From: Salinispira sp.
GTDB lineage: Bacteria > Spirochaetota > Spirochaetia > DSM-27196 > Salinispiraceae
NCBI GenBank assembly: GCA_965602015.1
Contig: OZ271918.1
Coordinates: 1,024,001 to 1,088,000 of the forward strand
Length of the DNA stretch: 64,000 bases
Direction: 5' to 3'
The translations under genes and the position numbers were made by a program. Shown here piece by piece: positions 61,505-64,000 of the stretch (its first letter is position 1; each line of letters begins with the position of its first letter). The notes below the pieces were generated by a model. The model was given only the letters and a program-made list of their open reading frames with translations, was not told where the DNA came from and ran no database searches.

Positions 61505-62252
61505 GAAACCCTATGTTCCGGCTCTGGCCCTTGGGGTTATTCTCATTATGTATGCCGTAGGAGTGGTCGGACATGTGGTTCCGTTTTTTCTGCCGCTGAT
61601 GATTACCCTGACCCCGTGGATTCTTCTGGGATTCGCTGTGGTGACCATAGTCATGACTCTCATTTCACCCCGGCGCAGCGCCGCGGAAAAGCGGAACATA
61701 ATGATCTGGCTTGGGGTTACCTGGATAGCCACATTCATCCTGGAAGCCGTGGGGGTGGAGACCGGCAAGGTTTTCGGGGAGTACTACTACGGCGAAACCC
61801 TCGGTCCCCAGCTTTTTGAGACTCCGGTAATCATCGGCCTTAACTGGTGCATAATTATTTTTGGTATTTCAGAAACCCTGAGAATGAAGCGCTTCAGCCT
61901 TCTGGCAGCCCTTATCGGGGTGCCGATCGGCGCGGTGCTGTTCGATATCGCCCTGGAGCCGGTAGCCATGTCGGTTCTCGACTACTGGACCTGGCCCGGA
62001 GGAACAGTTCCCCTGCAAAATTACATTGCCTGGGGTGTGATCAGCTTTGTTTTCGCCATTCTGTATTTCCTGATGATTCCCTATCCCCTGCCGGACCGGG
62101 ACTTTGGGAAGCCCGAGCCCGGTGCCGACGGGCGCAGGAAGGCCGTTGATATGCTGTTCTACCGCAGCGACAAATATTTCCCGGGCTTATACGTGGCCGT
62201 TCAGTTCCTGTTTATCTTCTCGCTCAACCGCCTTCTGCCATTTATCGGATAG
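61485..62252 (+). CDS. cruF: Carotenoid 1,2-hydratase (CruF/DUF422)
   Basis: EAVGVETG.VFGEYYYG..LGP, FDIALEPVA, YWTW...VPLQNYIAW. Confidence 0.85.
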   Translation: MKVEASKKPYVPALALGVILIMYAVGVVGHVVPFFLPLMITLTPWILLGFAVVTIVMTLISPRRSAAEKRNIMIWLGVTWIATFILEAVGVETGKVFGEYYYGETLGPQLFETPVIIGLNWCIIIFGISETLRMKRFSLLAALIGVPIGAVLFDIALEPVAMSVLDYWTWPGGTVPLQNYIAWGVISFVFAILYFLMIPYPLPDRDFGKPEPGADGRRKAVDMLFYRSDKYFPGLYVAVQFLFIFSLNRLLPFIG

Positions 62253-62942
62253 GACGGATCGGCGGCTCAGTATGACTATCAGCGCGCCGAGCAGCACAAA
62301 AAACGAGATGACCATCGCCAGCTGTGCGGCGTAGACCGGGGGGTTCCGGTTTGCGAAATCGAGAAAGAAATATCTGAAGCTGCCGGTAAGCAAACCTTCG
62401 ATGCTCCCGTATACGGCATAGAGTAGCGGGTATATGAGCCAGAACCCCAGGTATTTCCAGGGGTATTTCCCCGGTTTTCTGTTGGTCAGCCAGTCGAGCA
62501 GAAAGAGCAGGGGGGTTACTCCGTGGTTAATGTTGAGGACCAGGAGATCGAATCCCTGACTCTGGGTATTTCCCGCCAGAAGCAGGTTGTATACAAGCCC
62601 GGTAATAAGAATATAGAGGAGAACGGCGCCGTGAACCGACGGTGGCAGTTTACCTGCTCCGACCGGGGAGTCATACCGGGCGCTTCCGTCTTGGTGCCCG
62701 TCTGTCTGCATCTCTATGTGTCTGTCTATGTGCCTGTCTATGTGTCTGGCGGTTTTGCTTCGGCGGGTGATTTCTGTGAGCAAAAACAGACAGACCATAA
62801 TGTTACTCTGCACTGTAAAGTAGCCGAAGATAAATGCGGCATTTCCCCTTGTCATGGAAATCACCAGCCGGCTAATGGTACCTACAACGGCTACCACACA
62901 GGTGAGGTATCTCAAGACGCTTGCTGTACTTCTCAGTTTCAT
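62187..62942 (-). CDS. Pr6Pr/FAR-17a-like membrane protein
   Basis: YFTVQSN, ITGLVYNLLL, HGVTP...DW, YFFLD motifs. Confidence 0.8.
   Translation of the reverse strand: MKLRSTASVLRYLTCVVAVVGTISRLVISMTRGNAAFIFGYFTVQSNIMVCLFLLTEITRRSKTARHIDRHIDRHIEMQTDGHQDGSARYDSPVGAGKLPPSVHGAVLLYILITGLVYNLLLAGNTQSQGFDLLVLNINHGVTPLLFLLDWLTNRKPGKYPWKYLGFWLIYPLLYAVYGSIEGLLTGSFRYFFLDFANRNPPVYAAQLAMVISFFVLLGALIVILSRRSVLSDKWQKAVEREDKQELNGHV
62713..62748. repeat. 12-bp tandem repeat x3
   Basis: TCTATGTG(T/C)CTG x3, encoding RHIDRHIDRHIE on the minus strand. Confidence 0.85.
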
Positions 62943-63019
62943 CGCTGCAATCTTCTCCGTGATGCTGAATATTTTACCTGGACGATGCAATGTCGCTGAC
63001 TATATGTTAGTCTAATACC

Positions 63020-64000
63020 ATGGGAATGTTAAATCCACGAGCGGAACGAACGATTATCGCCCTGCTGGCCACCATTGCGGTTTTTCTCATTTTGGGTTTC
63101 CTGAAACTTGCGGGAACCGTGCTTATTCCCTTTATTGTGGCGTTTTTACTGTCGTTTGTGCTCAATCCCGCGGTGGAAGCGTTGGTTAAAATCCGTATTC
63201 CCCGAATTATCGCCATTATAATTATCATTCTCATTCTGCTGGGACTCAGTTTCCTGGTCGGGCTTATACTCTACGAGTCCGTTCAAAGCATACTGAGCAA
63301 TTTCGGAAAGTATCAGCAGCGATACCTCGATCTCATCGCTTTCGCCTCCGAAACCTTCAATCTACCGGCTGATTACTTCGAAACCCTCGAGCTGACCGGC
63401 ACCATCCTGTCGCTGGTAGGGCAGGTGTCGTCCAATCTTGTGGGATTTCTGGGAAACGTATCGCTAGTTCTGATTTTTATGCTGTTTCTGTTTCTTGAAA
63501 AGCCCTTGATAAGGCGGAAACTTGTGGATGCCATCCGGCATGATGAAACCGAACGCCTCGCCCGGATATTCGCCGACATCACCAAACAGGTAGGCCGGTA
63601 CCTCTTTGTAAAATTCTTTGTCAGCACGCTCACGGCGATTGTGGTTTATTTCGGTTTCTCCCTCATAGGGGTTGATTTTGCATTCATTTGGGCTGTGCTC
63701 ACCTTCCTGTTCAACTTCATTCCGACCATCGGATCCATAACCATATCGGCCGTTACCGCTGCCTTCGCGGTTATTCAGTTCTTTCCTACATATCAGCCGA
63801 TTGTCCTGGCCATGCTTGCCATGGCGGTGCCCCAGCTGATCATCGGAAATATCCTGGATCCGAAGCTGCTGGGAAACAGTCTGAATTTGTCGCCGGTGGT
63901 TATCCTCATCGCCCTTTTGATTTGGGGATACCTCTGGGGCGTGGCAGGCCTCTTCCTCGCGGTCCCGCTGACAGTCGGCTTGAAAATTATCTTCGAGCAT
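63020..64000 (+). CDS. AI-2E family transporter, runs off the window end (absent from the ORF track)
   Basis: MGMLNPRAERTIIALLATIAV...LIPFIVAFLLSFVLNP...FNFIPTIGS...GNILDPKLLGNSLNLSP...WGYLWGVAGLFLAVP. Confidence 0.9.
   Translation, partial: MGMLNPRAERTIIALLATIAVFLILGFLKLAGTVLIPFIVAFLLSFVLNPAVEALVKIRIPRIIAIIIIILILLGLSFLVGLILYESVQSILSNFGKYQQRYLDLIAFASETFNLPADYFETLELTGTILSLVGQVSSNLVGFLGNVSLVLIFMLFLFLEKPLIRRKLVDAIRHDETERLARIFADITKQVGRYLFVKFFVSTLTAIVVYFGFSLIGVDFAFIWAVLTFLFNFIPTIGSITISAVTAAFAVIQFFPTYQPIVLAMLAMAVPQLIIGNILDPKLLGNSLNLSPVVILIALLIWGYLWGVAGLFLAVPLTVGLKIIFEH

Overview
64-kb bacterial chromosome segment. Gene content and order (prfA-prmC-rel, orphan neuB beside serS, TPR/MltD/SH3 envelope genes, many lipoproteins) point to a free-living Spirochaetales organism; this is inference, not a database match. 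Most of the window is housekeeping: serS, proC, trmL, tpx, rel, prmC, prfA, xth, ABC-F, aroC/aroK, ferritin-rubredoxin and a lplA-pdhABC-lpdA operon. Accessory modules: (1) a disrupted beta-propeller/sensor/MFS fusion gene; (2) a YtrA-type GntR operon with SPFH, ABC (FtsX/MacB), LolA-like and beta-barrel genes; (3) an Nqr-like nqrBCDEF operon with no nqrA/rnfC; (4) an AT-richer SGNH-TPR/DUF5989/carbamoyltransferase/SxtJ-like cassette; (5) crtB-crtD-cruF carotenoid genes. The best candidate for an undescribed system is an alpha-glucan capture locus at 52581-58501 with no TonB-dependent transporter in the window. It encodes an FN3 + tandem CBM26-like lipoprotein, a CBM48-fused outer-membrane beta-barrel, a SusE/F-like lipoprotein and a GH13 lipoprotein. 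It is preceded by a structured leader with two LacI/cre-like palindromes and by an HPr paralogue with a natural Ser46-to-Asp substitution. I recognised no tRNA, rRNA, CRISPR array or mobile element.
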